A stretch of DNA of 35,872 bases from Gemmatimonadota bacterium. Its GTDB lineage: Bacteria > Gemmatimonadota > Gemmatimonadetes > Gemmatimonadales > GWC2-71-9. This document shows, piece by piece, positions 10,531 through 21,276 of the stretch. How positions within the stretch are numbered: the stretch's first letter is position 1; every line of letters begins with the position of its first letter. The position numbers were made by a program, and so were the translations under genes. The notes under the pieces were generated by a model, which ran no database searches, was not told the DNA's origin, and saw only the letters and a list, made by a program, of their open reading frames with translations. The DNA lies in the NCBI GenBank assembly GCA_039591655.1, contig JBDHDE010000027.1, forward strand, positions 1-35,872, in the 5' to 3' direction.

Positions 10531-11594
10531 TCGTCCTTGGCGAACAGGTACGCAAAGTCGTGCATCGCGGCCTCCTGGCCGTCGAATGCGGCGTACTGGC
10601 GGGCCGACCCATCCGGCTCTGGGCCCCACATGGTCGCCGCCCCGAACTCTCCCCGCTTGTTCACGGCGTAGAAGCTGAGCCCGAAGTCGGGGCGTCCCTG
10701 CTCGTCGAGCAGGGACTGCTCCGTGGTGGCGACGATGCGGCGCAGCGTCTCGAGGGCCGCGTCGGTGGCGCTCATCCCCCGCCGCATGAACTCGACGGTG
10801 AGAAAGGCGCCGCAGACCTTGATGTTCGCCTCGCCCCGCCCCGTGGAACCGGCGGCCCCGACGTCGTTGTCGGTATACTGCCCGGCGCCGGTGATCGGCG
10901 AGTCGCCCACCCGGCCCGGGATCTTCCAGGCGAGACCGCTGGTGGTGGTGACCGAAGACACGTCGCCCGCCGCGTTGACCACGTTGCAGTTGATGGTCCC
11001 GTGCCGCTGGAACTCGAGCTTCCCCTCCTTGGGCAGGTTCAGCCAGTCATCTTTAGGTCCCCGGTTCGCCCTCCAGCGGAGCCAGATCTCCCGTGACTTG
11101 TCGGTGAGCAGGTCCTCCTCCTCGAAGCCGTAGGACAGCGCGAAGCGCTTGGCCCCCTCACCCACCAGCATGATGTGGTCGGTGTAGAGCAGCACGTACT
11201 TGGCCACCATGCTGGGGGTCTTGATCCCCTCCAGGGCGCCAACGGCGCCGGCCCGGCGCGAGGGCCCGTGCATGCAGGAGGCGTCGAGTTGGACCACGCC
11301 CTCCTCGTTGGGGAGGCCGCCGTAGCCCACCGAGGTGTCCTCCGGGTCGAGCTCCTGGATCTTGACGCCCTCGATTGCCGCATCGAGGGTGTCGACCCCC
11401 TGGGCCATGAGCTCGCCGGCTCGCTGCACTGCCCGGAGCCCGTTGCCGGAGGCTACGGCCACGTTGCCCGATGGCCTGCGTATGTGGACGGCCGGGCCGG
11501 TCCCGGCAGCTGCCGAGTCGGGGGTGAATGCGGCGCCCGCGGCAAGTGCGGAGGCCGTGCCCAAGAACTGGCGGCGAGTGAGAGAATCCGACAC
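10527..11594 (-). CDS. N(4)-(beta-N-acetylglucosaminyl)-L-asparaginase / isoaspartyl peptidase family Ntn hydrolase with Tat signal
   Basis: TRRQFL twin-Arg signal; SVGYGGLPN, LDASCM, HGTI cleavage site, TTSG, GRVGDSP, STGRGE. Confidence 0.92.
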   Translation of the reverse strand: MSDSLTRRQFLGTASALAAGAAFTPDSAAAGTGPAVHIRRPSGNVAVASGNGLRAVQRAGELMAQGVDTLDAAIEGVKIQELDPEDTSVGYGGLPNEEGVVQLDASCMHGPSRRAGAVGALEGIKTPSMVAKYVLLYTDHIMLVGEGAKRFALSYGFEEEDLLTDKSREIWLRWRANRGPKDDWLNLPKEGKLEFQRHGTINCNVVNAAGDVSSVTTTSGLAWKIPGRVGDSPITGAGQYTDNDVGAAGSTGRGEANIKVCGAFLTVEFMRRGMSATDAALETLRRIVATTEQSLLDEQGRPDFGLSFYAVNKRGEFGAATMWGPEPDGSARQYAAFDGQEAAMHDFAYLFAKDE

Positions 11595-11755
11595 GGTTGA
11601 CCCTTCCTCCCAGGTGTGGAGCATCGATCGGGAAGCCCCGCGAATTAACGGGTCTCAGCGACTTCCTGTCAACTTGATTCCGGCTCGGGTGGATCGTACG
11701 TTCTGATCCTCGCCGACGGCTCCGGCGCGGCCGAAGCTCCTCAGGTCGGCGCACA

Positions 11756-12481
11756 GTGAGGTGTGAACGCCCCGTGGTGTCTGTGGTGCTACCTGTATAC
11801 AACGAGCGGGAGAATCTGGCGCCGCTGTTGGAGGAGATCGCCGTCGCCTTGCGTGACGTTTCCCACGAGGTCGTGGCAATCGACGACGGCTCGACCGACG
11901 GATCCCTCGATGAGCTCAGGCGGCTGAAGTCGCAGCACCGGATGCTGCGCATCGTCGCGTTCGAGCAGAACGCGGGGCAGAGCGCTGCCTTCGCGGCGGG
12001 GTTCGCCGCGGCGCGGGGTGACGTGATCGTGACGATGGACGCGGACGGCCAGAACGATCCGTCCGACGTACCTCCCCTGCTCGAGGCCCTGGAGCGGGAC
12101 GCCTCCCTCACCGCCGTCGTGGGCTACCGGGCGCGACGCACCGACTCGCGCTGGAAGATCGTCCAGAGCCGCGTCGCGAACGCGGCACGTAACTGGATCA
12201 CGGGCGACGCCGTGCGCGATACCGGGTGTTCACTCAAGGCGATGCGCCGAGCCCCGGTGCAGAGGTTGCTGCGCTTCAACGGCATGCATCGCTTCCTGCC
12301 CACGCTGATTCGCATGGAGGGTGGTGCGGTCCGCGAGGTGCCGGTTTCCCACCGGCCGCGGCGCCATGGCCAGAGCAAGTACGGCATGTGGAACCGGGCA
12401 GTGCGGGCACTGCGGGATGCGCTCGGGGTGCGCTGGTTGCGGCGCCGCGGGCTGGAGTACTCGATCAGGGAGGAGGACTGA
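11756..12481 (+). CDS. Glycosyltransferase family 2 (polyprenyl-phosphate glycosyltransferase-like)
   Basis: VVLPVYNE, DDGSTDGS, NAGQSAA, MDADGQND, DTGCSLK, MHRFLP, GQSKYG. Confidence 0.92.
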   Translation: MRCERPVVSVVLPVYNERENLAPLLEEIAVALRDVSHEVVAIDDGSTDGSLDELRRLKSQHRMLRIVAFEQNAGQSAAFAAGFAAARGDVIVTMDADGQNDPSDVPPLLEALERDASLTAVVGYRARRTDSRWKIVQSRVANAARNWITGDAVRDTGCSLKAMRRAPVQRLLRFNGMHRFLPTLIRMEGGAVREVPVSHRPRRHGQSKYGMWNRAVRALRDALGVRWLRRRGLEYSIREED

Positions 12482-12593
12482 GCGTGGGGTGTCGCAGGCG
12501 CCCTCGATCCGTCGACCCCATTAACTTGATGGCTCGAGCTGACGATTATCGCGATATGGACTACCGAGAGACTCCTACCCCAGGCCGTCCGGC

Positions 12594-13685
12594 ATGAGCG
12601 CACCCGAGTTCGGGCGCTTCTTCCTGCCCGGTCCCACCGAGGTTCACCCCGATGTCCTGACTGCAATGCAGCGGCCGATGATCGCGCATCGGGGGCAGGG
12701 GATGGTGGAGTTGTTGAAGGGCATGGAGAAGCCGCTCCAGCGGTTGTGGCGCACCGAGCGCAGTGTCTTCGTCGGTACGTGCTCCGCCACCGGATTCATG
12801 GAAATGGCGGTGCGGTCGGGGGTGCGGCACCGCGCCCTCTCGTTGGTGGGCGGCGCGTTCGGCGAGCGGTTCGCCGCCATCGTGGCGGCTACCGGGCGGG
12901 ACGTGATCCGGCTGGACGTTCCCCTGGGCCGGACCGTCGAGCCGGACATGCTGCGGGATGCCTTGAAGCGCTCCGATGTGGACGCCGTGACGGTGGTGCA
13001 CTCGGAGACCGCCACTGGGGCCCTGGCGCCGCTGGCCGAGCTGGCATCGGTGGTCGGGGAGTTCGACGGGGTGCTGCTGCTGGTGGATGCGGTGACCTCA
13101 CTGGCCGGCTCACCCGTGGAGACCGATGAGTGGAACCTGGACTTCGTATTCACCGGCTCCCAGAAGGCCTTGGCCCTGCCACCGGGGCTGGCGCTGGCAG
13201 TGGCCTCAGAGCGCATGCTGGAGACGGCGAAGGGAATCCCGGAGCGGGGCGCCTACCTCGACGTGCTGGCGTTCGAGAAGGCGGCGTCGAACTACCAGCC
13301 CACCAACACCCCGGCCATCTCGCTGCTCTACGCGCTCGAGGCGCAACTGGCCCGCATTGCAGCCGTGGGTGGTGTGGAAGCCCGCTGGCGGCGTCATGAC
13401 TCCATGCGGCACGTAGTGGAGCAGTGGATCGACGGACGCGGCGGGGAACTGGGGTTTGCCTACCTGCCGCCGGAGGGCCGGCGCTCCTGGACCATCTCGT
13501 GCCTCAAGGTGCCCCCGGGCCGGAACGGCCGTGCCATCGCGCAGGCCATGAGGGAGCGGGGCTGGATCGTGGGGTCGGGCTACGGGGAGCTCAAGCCCAG
13601 TACCATCCGCATCGGCCACATGGGTGACCACGAACCGGAGCGCGTGAGCGAGCTGCTGGCGTGTCTGGAGGATGTGGTGCGATGA
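12594..13685 (+). CDS. Class V PLP aminotransferase (AGAT/SPT-like), probable phosphoserine aminotransferase role
   Basis: PGPT, HSETATG, DAVTS, GSQKALALPPGL, RIGHMG; ATGA-coupled to serA. Confidence 0.88.
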   Translation: MSAPEFGRFFLPGPTEVHPDVLTAMQRPMIAHRGQGMVELLKGMEKPLQRLWRTERSVFVGTCSATGFMEMAVRSGVRHRALSLVGGAFGERFAAIVAATGRDVIRLDVPLGRTVEPDMLRDALKRSDVDAVTVVHSETATGALAPLAELASVVGEFDGVLLLVDAVTSLAGSPVETDEWNLDFVFTGSQKALALPPGLALAVASERMLETAKGIPERGAYLDVLAFEKAASNYQPTNTPAISLLYALEAQLARIAAVGGVEARWRRHDSMRHVVEQWIDGRGGELGFAYLPPEGRRSWTISCLKVPPGRNGRAIAQAMRERGWIVGSGYGELKPSTIRIGHMGDHEPERVSELLACLEDVVR

Positions 13686-15280
13686 GCTACGTGGTCGTGG
13701 TCGCCGACCGGATCGCCGATGCGGGCCTCGAGCTCCTGCAGGCCGAGCCCCAGCTGGACGTCCGTGCCGTCGCGGGGCACCCGGACCGCCTCCTCGACGC
13801 CCTTCAGACCGCCCACGCCCTCATCGTCCGGTCCGACACGTCGGTCACCGAGGAGCTCATGGCAGGGTCGCCGGGCCTCACCGTCATCGCCCGGGCCGGT
13901 GTGGGTGTCGACAACATCGACGTGGACGCAGCCACCTGGAGGGGGATCGCGGTACTCAACGCACCGGGGGCGAACACGGTGAGTGCGGCGGAGCACACGG
14001 TGGCGATGCTGCTGGCACTGGTGCGGCGCATCCCCTGGGCGGTCGACAGCATGTGGCGGGGTGAGTGGGACCGGAAGCGGTTCGCCGGAAGGGAGCTGCG
14101 GGGCAAGACGTTGGGGCTCGTGGGACTGGGTCGCGTGGGTGTGCATGTGGCAGCCATCGCCCGGGCGTTCGGAATGCGTGTGGTGGCCCACGATCCCTAT
14201 CTGCCGGAGGCCCGTGCCAAAGAGCTGGGAATCGAGCTGCGCTCGCTGGACGACCTCCTGGCTGCCGCCGACGTGATCTCCCTCCATGTCCCCCTCACCG
14301 AGGAGACCCGCGGCTTCATGAACCGCGAGCGGCTGGGCGCGATGAAGCCGACGGCGGTTCTGGTGAACGCGGCCCGGGGCGCCCTGATCGATGATGCAGC
14401 GCTGGTGGAGGTGCTCGAGGAGGGCCGCATCGCCGGGGCGGCGCTGGACGTCTTCGAGCCGGAGCCCCTGCCCGCCGAATCGCCGCTGCGGCAGTCGAGC
14501 AAGATCCTACTGACGCCGCACCTGGCCGCTTCGACCTCCGAGGCCCAGGAGCGGGTCGCCAGCGAGATCTGCGCCAACGTGCGCGACGCCCTGCTCACCG
14601 GGGCTCTGCGGGGAGCGGTGAACCTCCCGGGGATTCCGGGTGACGTCCTCGTGAGACTGAGCGGCGCGTTGGACCTCGCCCGTCGGCTTGGCCGACTGGC
14701 GGCCGGGGTGGCGCACGACCGGGTCCGGTCGGTGGAGGTCTACTACGGGGGCGACGACGACGCGGCGCCCCGCCCCACAATGCTGGCGGCTCTCGAGGGC
14801 GTGCTATCCGCCATGGGCATGGACTCGGTGAGCATGGTGAACGCCGCCGCCCGCGCCGAGCAGCGCGGAGTGGCTGTCGAGCGCCGGGTGGGAGCCCCCG
14901 TGTCCGGGTTCGAGACCACGATCGGGGTCAGCCTCCAGACGCCCGACCGGACGGTCACGGTGGACGGCGCCATGCTGGGCGACCGAGTGGGCCGCATCAT
15001 CAGGATCAACGGGTTCGGGGTTGACGTGCCCGCCGAGGGACACGTGCTCGTCCTGCGGAACCGTGACGTCCCCGGCGTCATCGGCAGGGTCGGGACCCTG
15101 CTGGGAGAGTCCCGCGTCAACATCGCCTCGTACCATCAGTCGCGGGTGGATGCGGCCGGCACCGAGGCCCTGGCAGCAATCGTGGTGGACCAGGTGTTGC
15201 CTACCGGCGTGATGGAGGCCCTCGGGGGGCTGGACGACGTCCTCGAGGTGCGGTTCGCCAGCCTGAACGGCGGCGCCTAG
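13682..15280 (+). CDS. serA: D-3-phosphoglycerate dehydrogenase (long form with ASB and ACT domains)
   Basis: [36 protein letters not shown]-terminal [12 protein letters not shown] domain. Confidence 0.95.
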   Translation: MSYVVVVADRIADAGLELLQAEPQLDVRAVAGHPDRLLDALQTAHALIVRSDTSVTEELMAGSPGLTVIARAGVGVDNIDVDAATWRGIAVLNAPGANTVSAAEHTVAMLLALVRRIPWAVDSMWRGEWDRKRFAGRELRGKTLGLVGLGRVGVHVAAIARAFGMRVVAHDPYLPEARAKELGIELRSLDDLLAAADVISLHVPLTEETRGFMNRERLGAMKPTAVLVNAARGALIDDAALVEVLEEGRIAGAALDVFEPEPLPAESPLRQSSKILLTPHLAASTSEAQERVASEICANVRDALLTGALRGAVNLPGIPGDVLVRLSGALDLARRLGRLAAGVAHDRVRSVEVYYGGDDDAAPRPTMLAALEGVLSAMGMDSVSMVNAAARAEQRGVAVERRVGAPVSGFETTIGVSLQTPDRTVTVDGAMLGDRVGRIIRINGFGVDVPAEGHVLVLRNRDVPGVIGRVGTLLGESRVNIASYHQSRVDAAGTEALAAIVVDQVLPTGVMEALGGLDDVLEVRFASLNGGA

Positions 15281-17436
15281 CTCGTTACGCGCGCGGCCTC
15301 CGCTGCTGGCGGGGGGGTGTGGTCGGAGGGCTCTCCCGCCCGCTCGCCGAACACCCGGAAGGAGCTCACGACCGCCGTGAGCCGATCGGCGGCTTCGGCG
15401 AGCTGGGCGGCGGAGCTGGCGATCTCCTCGGTGGAGGCGCTCTGCTGCTCCGCGGATGCCGCTATCTGCTCGGCGGCGGCCACGACCGACTCGGTGCCTC
15501 CCGCGATCGTCTGCAACCGCCCCGTGATCTCCTGAACCAGCCGGCGGGTCTCGTCTGCCGCGTTCGAGATCTCGCCCGTCCAGGCGCTCGTTTCTGCAGC
15601 GCCGCCGGCCACCTCCTGTAGTCCGCTGGCCGCGGCCTCGGCCACCTCCCGCACCGCCGAGCTGGCGGCGGCGAGGCGGGTGAGGCGCTCGCCCGTCACT
15701 TGGAGGTTGGCGAGGACGTTGTGCACGGTGTCGGAGGTGCTTCCCGCTGCACGGGCTGCCTGGGTGGCGAGCTTGCGCACCTCGTCGGCCACGACCGCGA
15801 AGCCCCGGCCTTCCCCACCGCTGGCCCGGGACGCCTCGATGGCGGCGTTCAGCGCCAGCATGTTCGTCTGGTTCGCGATGGTGCGGGCCTGCTTGATGAA
15901 CGTCTCGATCTCCTCGGACATGTCGGCGATGCGCTTGGCGTCGGCCACGCCGGCCTCGAGGTCGGTTGCCAGCTGGCCCAGCTGCTCGCTGCCTGCCAGG
16001 AGTCGCTGGCGGTGCCGCTCCGCCGTCTCCAACAGCGAGGTGTTGCGGTCGGCCGCCAGACCGGCGCCTTCGGCAAGCTGGGTGGTGATCCCGCTGATCC
16101 GCGTGGCGTCGTCCACCGCCCGACGCACCATGTCGGATTGGTTCCCGGCCTGGGTGGTGAGGTTCTGGCTGGTGTTCGCCATCTCCTGGGTGGACGCCGA
16201 CATCTCCTGCGTGCTCGCCGATATCTCCTCCGCCATCGAGGCCGACTCCTCCGAGGCGATACGGATCTGTCCCACGAGGCTGCGCAGCGCGTCGACCATG
16301 CTCTCGACGGCGTCGAGCAGCAGCCCGACCTCCTCCGAGCCCGCTCCCTCCGCCCCAACGGAGGCCGATAGGTCGCCGCTGGCCACGCGGCCCGCGACGG
16401 CGCCGGCCCGCCTGATCGGGACGGTCACCTTCCGGTTGAGCCACGAGGTGACGTAGAACACCACGGTGAGGACGCCCAGCAGGACCACTGCGGCCCCCAT
16501 GTAGAGGGCGTTCTTCAGGGATCGCGCACCGGCGAAGGTCACGCTGGTGGGCTCCCGCAGGACCACCCACCACCGCCCGTCGTTCGCGGGCACGGTGGCC
16601 ACCAACTGTCGGCCCTCTGTGGGTGACTCGAGGGTGACGACCTCGGTGGTGGCCGCTCGGGGGATCGCCCCGGCGTCCGGGATGGGGCGGAGCAGGCCGG
16701 ACGCGTCGGGAGCGATGATCGCACGGCCGGCCGAGTCCACCACCGACAGGATGACGGCGCTCTCCGGGTCCGCGACGCCCAGGAGCCGGGCGAGCCGGAA
16801 GAACGCCGCCCTTCCCCGCATGACCCCCAGGGGGCGGCGGGTGTCGGCGTCCACCACGGCCACGGCGAGCGCCATGGTCAGTAACCCGGTCTCCTCGTCA
16901 TACTCCGGTGCTCCCTGATAACTCCCCAACTCGAAAGCCGCCTGCCACCACTCCTCGGCCACGTGGAGCAGCTCGTTGCCGACGGTGGTGCGGTTGACCG
17001 TGAAGCCGTGCCACTCGGTGAAGAGGATCGCCGCGAACCCGGTGGCGTCCCCGGACTCCTCGAGGAATCGCGCCAGGGCGGTATCGGGTCGGAGGCCCCG
17101 GGTCTCGGCGAAGCGCCGCTCCAGCTCCTCGGGAGGGAGCCGGTCCAGGCCGCGGCGGGTCACCTCGCGACCGGCGGCCTGGGTTGCCTGCACCACATCC
17201 GGCACGTTCGCCAGCAAGCGTAGACCGGTGGTGCGCTCCCGGACGTACTGGTCGACGATGCCCGATGCGCGCTCCACCGCGCCGGCAATCCGGGACTCGG
17301 CGGTATCCGCGAATTCGGCGTCTACGATCCTGCCAGCCACCCAGGCGGCCAGCGCGACGGTGATAAAAGCGAGGGGCGCGCCGATGAGGAGCGTGCGTTT
17401 GTGGAGGTCGGCAGTCTTGACTGTGGTGGCGGGCAT
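15277..17436 (-). CDS. Methyl-accepting chemotaxis protein (TM, Cache-like sensor, TM, HAMP, MCP signalling domain)
   Basis: Two TM helices, HAMP region, [34 protein letters not shown]. Start 17436 or 17448. Confidence 0.93.
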   Translation of the reverse strand: MPATTVKTADLHKRTLLIGAPLAFITVALAAWVAGRIVDAEFADTAESRIAGAVERASGIVDQYVRERTTGLRLLANVPDVVQATQAAGREVTRRGLDRLPPEELERRFAETRGLRPDTALARFLEESGDATGFAAILFTEWHGFTVNRTTVGNELLHVAEEWWQAAFELGSYQGAPEYDEETGLLTMALAVAVVDADTRRPLGVMRGRAAFFRLARLLGVADPESAVILSVVDSAGRAIIAPDASGLLRPIPDAGAIPRAATTEVVTLESPTEGRQLVATVPANDGRWWVVLREPTSVTFAGARSLKNALYMGAAVVLLGVLTVVFYVTSWLNRKVTVPIRRAGAVAGRVASGDLSASVGAEGAGSEEVGLLLDAVESMVDALRSLVGQIRIASEESASMAEEISASTQEMSASTQEMANTSQNLTTQAGNQSDMVRRAVDDATRISGITTQLAEGAGLAADRNTSLLETAERHRQRLLAGSEQLGQLATDLEAGVADAKRIADMSEEIETFIKQARTIANQTNMLALNAAIEASRASGGEGRGFAVVADEVRKLATQAARAAGSTSDTVHNVLANLQVTGERLTRLAAASSAVREVAEAAASGLQEVAGGAAETSAWTGEISNAADETRRLVQEITGRLQTIAGGTESVVAAAEQIAASAEQQSASTEEIASSAAQLAEAADRLTAVVSSFRVFGERAGEPSDHTPPPAAEAARVTS

Positions 17437-17499
17437 ACGGTTGCGCAAAACCTACGGCCGCCTTCCAGGCCGGGCAAGCCGTGCTAGATTACGCGTGCT

Positions 17500-19938
17500 A
17501 TGCCCGTAGAACGCGCTGGTATCGAGACCTACGACCCCCAAACCGTGGAACGGAAGTGGTGGGAGCGGTGGGGGGAGCGCCGCACCAACGCCGCGGACCT
17601 GCACGGGGCCGGGCGGCCGTACTTCAACCTCATGATGTATCCCTACCCCTCGGCCGAGGGGCTGCACGTCGGCAACGTGTTCGCCTTCGTGGGTGCCGAC
17701 GTGCATGGCCGGTTCCGGAGGCTGCAGGGGTGGAGCGTGTTCGAGCCCATCGGATTCGACGCGTTCGGGATCCACTCGGAGAACTACGCTCTCAAGGTCA
17801 ACACCCACCCGGCGGAGCTCATCCCGCAGAACATCGCGCGCTTCAAGGAGCAGCTGAAGCGCTGTGGTCTCATGCTCGACTGGGACCACGAGGTGCAGAC
17901 CATCGATCCGCGCTACTACAAGTGGACGCAGTGGATCTTCCTCAAGCTCTACGAGGCCGGACTCGCGGTGAGGAAGAAGGCGCCCGTCAACTGGTGCCCG
18001 GAGTGCAAGACGGTGCTGGCCAACGAGCAGGTGATCAGCGGGATGTGCGAGCGTCACCCGGACACCGCGGTGGAGCTGCGCTTTCTCGAGCAGTGGTTCT
18101 TCAAGATCACCGATTACGCCCAACGGTTGCTGGCAAACCACGACCGGCTCGACTGGTCCGAGTCCACCCGCACGATGCAGGTGAACTGGATCGGCCGCTC
18201 CGAGGGCGCCGAGCTCGTGTTCGAGACCCCGACGGGCGTCTCGCTCCGGGTGTTCACCACGCGGCCAGACACGGTGTTCGGTGCGACCTACATGGTGCTG
18301 GCGCCGGAGCATCCGCAGGTGGATGAGTTCACGACGAGCGAGCAACGCGGGGCCGTGAACGAGTATCGCAGCCAGGCGGCGGCGATGGACCTGGTATCCC
18401 GGCGTGTGGGAGAGAAGGAGAAGACCGGCGTCTTCACCGGGTCCTATGCGCGCAATCCGGCATCGGGCGAATCGGTTCCCATCTGGATCGCAGACTACGT
18501 ACTGATGGAATACGGCACCGGGGCGATCATGGCGGTGCCGGGGCACGACGAGCGGGACCTCGAGTTTGCGCGGAAGTACGAGCTCGAAGTCAGGCAGGTC
18601 GTGAGGCCCGATGATCCCGAGGAGGAGGGGATCGGCTACACCGGCTGGGACGGCACGCTCATGAACAGCGGGCAGTTCGACGGGATGCCGTGCGCCGAGG
18701 CCGTCCCGGCTATCACAACCTGGCTGGAGGGGCAGGACGCGGGCGTCAGGCAGGTACAGTACCGGCTCCACGATTGGTGCATCTCGCGGCAGCGCTACTG
18801 GGGCCCGCCGATTCCCATCATCTACTGCGATGAGTGCGGCACCGTCCCGGTCCCCGAGCAGGATCTACCGGTCCTGCTGCCGCCGCTGGAGGATTTCCGG
18901 CCGGACGAGAGCGGCGTCTCGCCACTGGCGCGGGTCGAGGACTGGTACCGGGTCCCCTGTCCGAAATGCGGCGAGACCGCGCACCGCGAGACGGACGTGT
19001 CGGACACGTTCCTCGACTCGGCGTGGTACTTCCTGCGCTACCCCTCGACCGAGTTCGACGACCGGCCGTTCGACAAGGGGCTCACCAACAAGTGGCTCCC
19101 GGTCGACTCCTACATCGGCGGCAACGAACACGCGGTGCTCCACCTGATGTACGCCCGCTTCATTACCATGGCGCTGCACGACCTCGGGCACCTGGAGTTC
19201 GAGGAGCCGTTTACCCGGTTCCGGGCCCACGGGACGATCGTCAAGGACGGGGCCAAGATGTCCAAGTCCCGGGGCAACGTGGTGATCCCCGATGAGTACA
19301 TCGCGAAGTGGGGCGCGGACACCTTCCGCATGTACCTGATGTTCCTGGGTCCGTACCAGGAGGGGGGCGACTTCCGGGAGGAGGGGATCTCGGGTATCCG
19401 GCGGTTCCTGGACAAGGTATGGGGGCTCGTCGCAGCGGCCACGCCGGGCGAAGCGGGAGGCGCGTACGGCGACGCGCTGCGCAAGCTGCATCAGACCATC
19501 CGGGGGGTTGGGAACGACCTCGAGGAGCTGCGCTACAACACGGCGATCTCCAAGCTGATGGAGTATGTCAACGTGCTGCGGGCCTCGGACGACGGAGCCC
19601 CGGTCCCCGCCGCCCTGCTCGAGCCCCTGGCCATCATGCTGGGACCCCTGGCGCCGTACTTCGCCGAGGAGAGCTGGGAGCAGCTGGGCCACGATGCCAG
19701 CGTGTTCGACGCCGCCTGGCCCCAATACGACGAGCAACTGGCCCAGGAGGAGCAGATCGAGCTGGTGGTCCAGGTGAACGGCAAGGTGCGGGGCCGGCTC
19801 AAGGTGGCCCCCGGCCTCTCGCAGGATGAGGCCGTGGAACGGGCCCTCGCCGAGGAGAGCGTGAAGCGGTTCGTGGAGGGCAAGGATCTCCGCAAGACCA
19901 TCCACGTGCCCGACCGGCTGGTGAACCTGGTGGTCTGA
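17500..19938 (+). CDS. leuS: Leucine--tRNA ligase
   Basis: PYPSAEGLHVGN (HIGH), FTTRPDT and GTGAIMAVPGHD editing domain, DWCISRQRYWG, KMSKS, VQVNGKVR. Confidence 0.98.
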   Translation: MPVERAGIETYDPQTVERKWWERWGERRTNAADLHGAGRPYFNLMMYPYPSAEGLHVGNVFAFVGADVHGRFRRLQGWSVFEPIGFDAFGIHSENYALKVNTHPAELIPQNIARFKEQLKRCGLMLDWDHEVQTIDPRYYKWTQWIFLKLYEAGLAVRKKAPVNWCPECKTVLANEQVISGMCERHPDTAVELRFLEQWFFKITDYAQRLLANHDRLDWSESTRTMQVNWIGRSEGAELVFETPTGVSLRVFTTRPDTVFGATYMVLAPEHPQVDEFTTSEQRGAVNEYRSQAAAMDLVSRRVGEKEKTGVFTGSYARNPASGESVPIWIADYVLMEYGTGAIMAVPGHDERDLEFARKYELEVRQVVRPDDPEEEGIGYTGWDGTLMNSGQFDGMPCAEAVPAITTWLEGQDAGVRQVQYRLHDWCISRQRYWGPPIPIIYCDECGTVPVPEQDLPVLLPPLEDFRPDESGVSPLARVEDWYRVPCPKCGETAHRETDVSDTFLDSAWYFLRYPSTEFDDRPFDKGLTNKWLPVDSYIGGNEHAVLHLMYARFITMALHDLGHLEFEEPFTRFRAHGTIVKDGAKMSKSRGNVVIPDEYIAKWGADTFRMYLMFLGPYQEGGDFREEGISGIRRFLDKVWGLVAAATPGEAGGAYGDALRKLHQTIRGVGNDLEELRYNTAISKLMEYVNVLRASDDGAPVPAALLEPLAIMLGPLAPYFAEESWEQLGHDASVFDAAWPQYDEQLAQEEQIELVVQVNGKVRGRLKVAPGLSQDEAVERALAEESVKRFVEGKDLRKTIHVPDRLVNLVV

Positions 19939-19957
19939 CCGCCGGAAGGCGGGAAGG

Positions 19958-19998
19958 GAAGCGGGGAGCGGACGTAAGCCTGCTCCCCGCTTCGTGTT
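19958..19998 (+). terminator. Intrinsic terminator-like hairpin after leuS
   Basis: GAAGCGGGGAGC (19958-19969) / GCTCCCCGCTTC (19982-19993) inverted repeat with a weak T tail. Confidence 0.7.
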
Positions 19999-20073
19999 AC
20001 GTGCCGAGCGCAGGGGTTGGGCCACACCATCCCTGCGACCCTCCGCCCCCCCCAAGAGTCTATCTTCACGGGC

Positions 20074-20625
20074 ATGACAGAGATCACGCTGGCGGCCGTG
20101 GACGAGCTCGCGATCCAGCGGGCCAAGTCGGGCGATCTGACCGCTCTGGAGGGGCTGTGCCGGGCCTACGAAGGCACGGTCTACACCCTGGCGCGGCGGG
20201 TCTGCCGGACGGCCGAGGATGCGGAGGAGGTGCTGCAGGAGACCTTCCTGGAGGTCTGTCGCAGCATCAAGAAGTTCCGGGGCACCGCTCCCGGCAGCCT
20301 TGCGGCGTGGATCAAGAAGATCACGGCCAGCAAGGCGCTCATCCGCATCCGGTACGAGAAGTACCGAGAGACGGACGAGCTGCAGGAGGAAGGTGGTTGG
20401 GCCGGGCGGCGTGACGGGGACGTGGGACTCCAGCTGGATCTGGAGGCGGCCCTGGGGCGGCTGTCCGAGACGTCGAAGGCGGTCGTCTGGCTGCACGACG
20501 TAGAGGGCTACACACACGAGGAGATAGCCGAGCTGATGGGCAAGACGGTGAGCTTTTCCAAGTCCCAGCTATCCCGCGCACATGCGCGGCTGCGGAAGCT
20601 GCTCGGCGAGGAGGTGCAATGCTGA
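20074..20625 (+). CDS. ECF RNA polymerase sigma factor
   Basis: DAEEVLQETFL region 2, WIKKITA, LHDVEGYTHEEIAELMG..SKSQLSRA region 4. ATG at 20074. Confidence 0.93.
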   Translation: MTEITLAAVDELAIQRAKSGDLTALEGLCRAYEGTVYTLARRVCRTAEDAEEVLQETFLEVCRSIKKFRGTAPGSLAAWIKKITASKALIRIRYEKYRETDELQEEGGWAGRRDGDVGLQLDLEAALGRLSETSKAVVWLHDVEGYTHEEIAELMGKTVSFSKSQLSRAHARLRKLLGEEVQC

Positions 20626-21215
20626 GACACTGCACCATGGCGGAACTCCTGGACCTGCGGGACGGAGAAGGGTCGGCTGCGGCGCGGGATCATGTCGACG
20701 AGTGTGCGGCGTGCCGCGCCGAGCTGGACCGGGTGCACCAGAGGGTGGCCGGCCTCAAGGCGCTACCCGGCTTCTCGCCCCCCCGGGACCGCTGGCCGGT
20801 GGTGCGCGAGGAGCTTCGCCGGTCACGGCGCCGCGGCCGGTGGCAGCGGGCCGGATGGGGTGCGCTGGCAGCGGCTGCAGCCCTGGTACTGCTCGTCGGA
20901 GTGAGAGGCGTCGGAGGCGCGGGGCCCACCGTCCTCGCAGCACAGGAAGTTGACGAGCTGAAGGCGGAGTCCCGCGAGCTGGAAGAGGTGCTCCAGAGGG
21001 TCTCCCGGGAGGGCCGTGTGATGAACGGCGTGACGGCCACCGTGATCATCCGCCTCGAGGACCGGATCGCGGTGATCGACGCCGGGATCGCGGAGATCCA
21101 GACGACCGACAACAGCGTGACCATCGAGCTGCGGGACCTGTGGCGCCAGCGGGTGCAGCTGATCGATCAGCTGGTGATCACGCATGTGCAACAGGCCTCG
21201 TACGTGGGCTATTGA
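20619..21215 (+). CDS. Zinc-finger (ZAS-type) anti-sigma factor
   Basis: HVDECAAC (Hx3Cx2C) plus one TM helix; overlaps the sigma stop codon. Confidence 0.85.
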   Translation: MLRHCTMAELLDLRDGEGSAAARDHVDECAACRAELDRVHQRVAGLKALPGFSPPRDRWPVVREELRRSRRRGRWQRAGWGALAAAAALVLLVGVRGVGGAGPTVLAAQEVDELKAESRELEEVLQRVSREGRVMNGVTATVIIRLEDRIAVIDAGIAEIQTTDNSVTIELRDLWRQRVQLIDQLVITHVQQASYVGY

Positions 21216-21276
21216 AGAGTGCAATCAGGGCTGAGGAGATCGCAAAAACACGAGCAAACGAAGGAGTGAACATACG

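Noticed and set aside
17452..18771. 439-aa antisense ORF over leuS, and similar long shadow ORFs (14804..16573, 18865..20517, 26595..27620, 29666..30727, 1922..2932)
   Set aside because: They overlap well-supported genes, have no recognisable motifs, and are expected from stop-codon scarcity at high GC.
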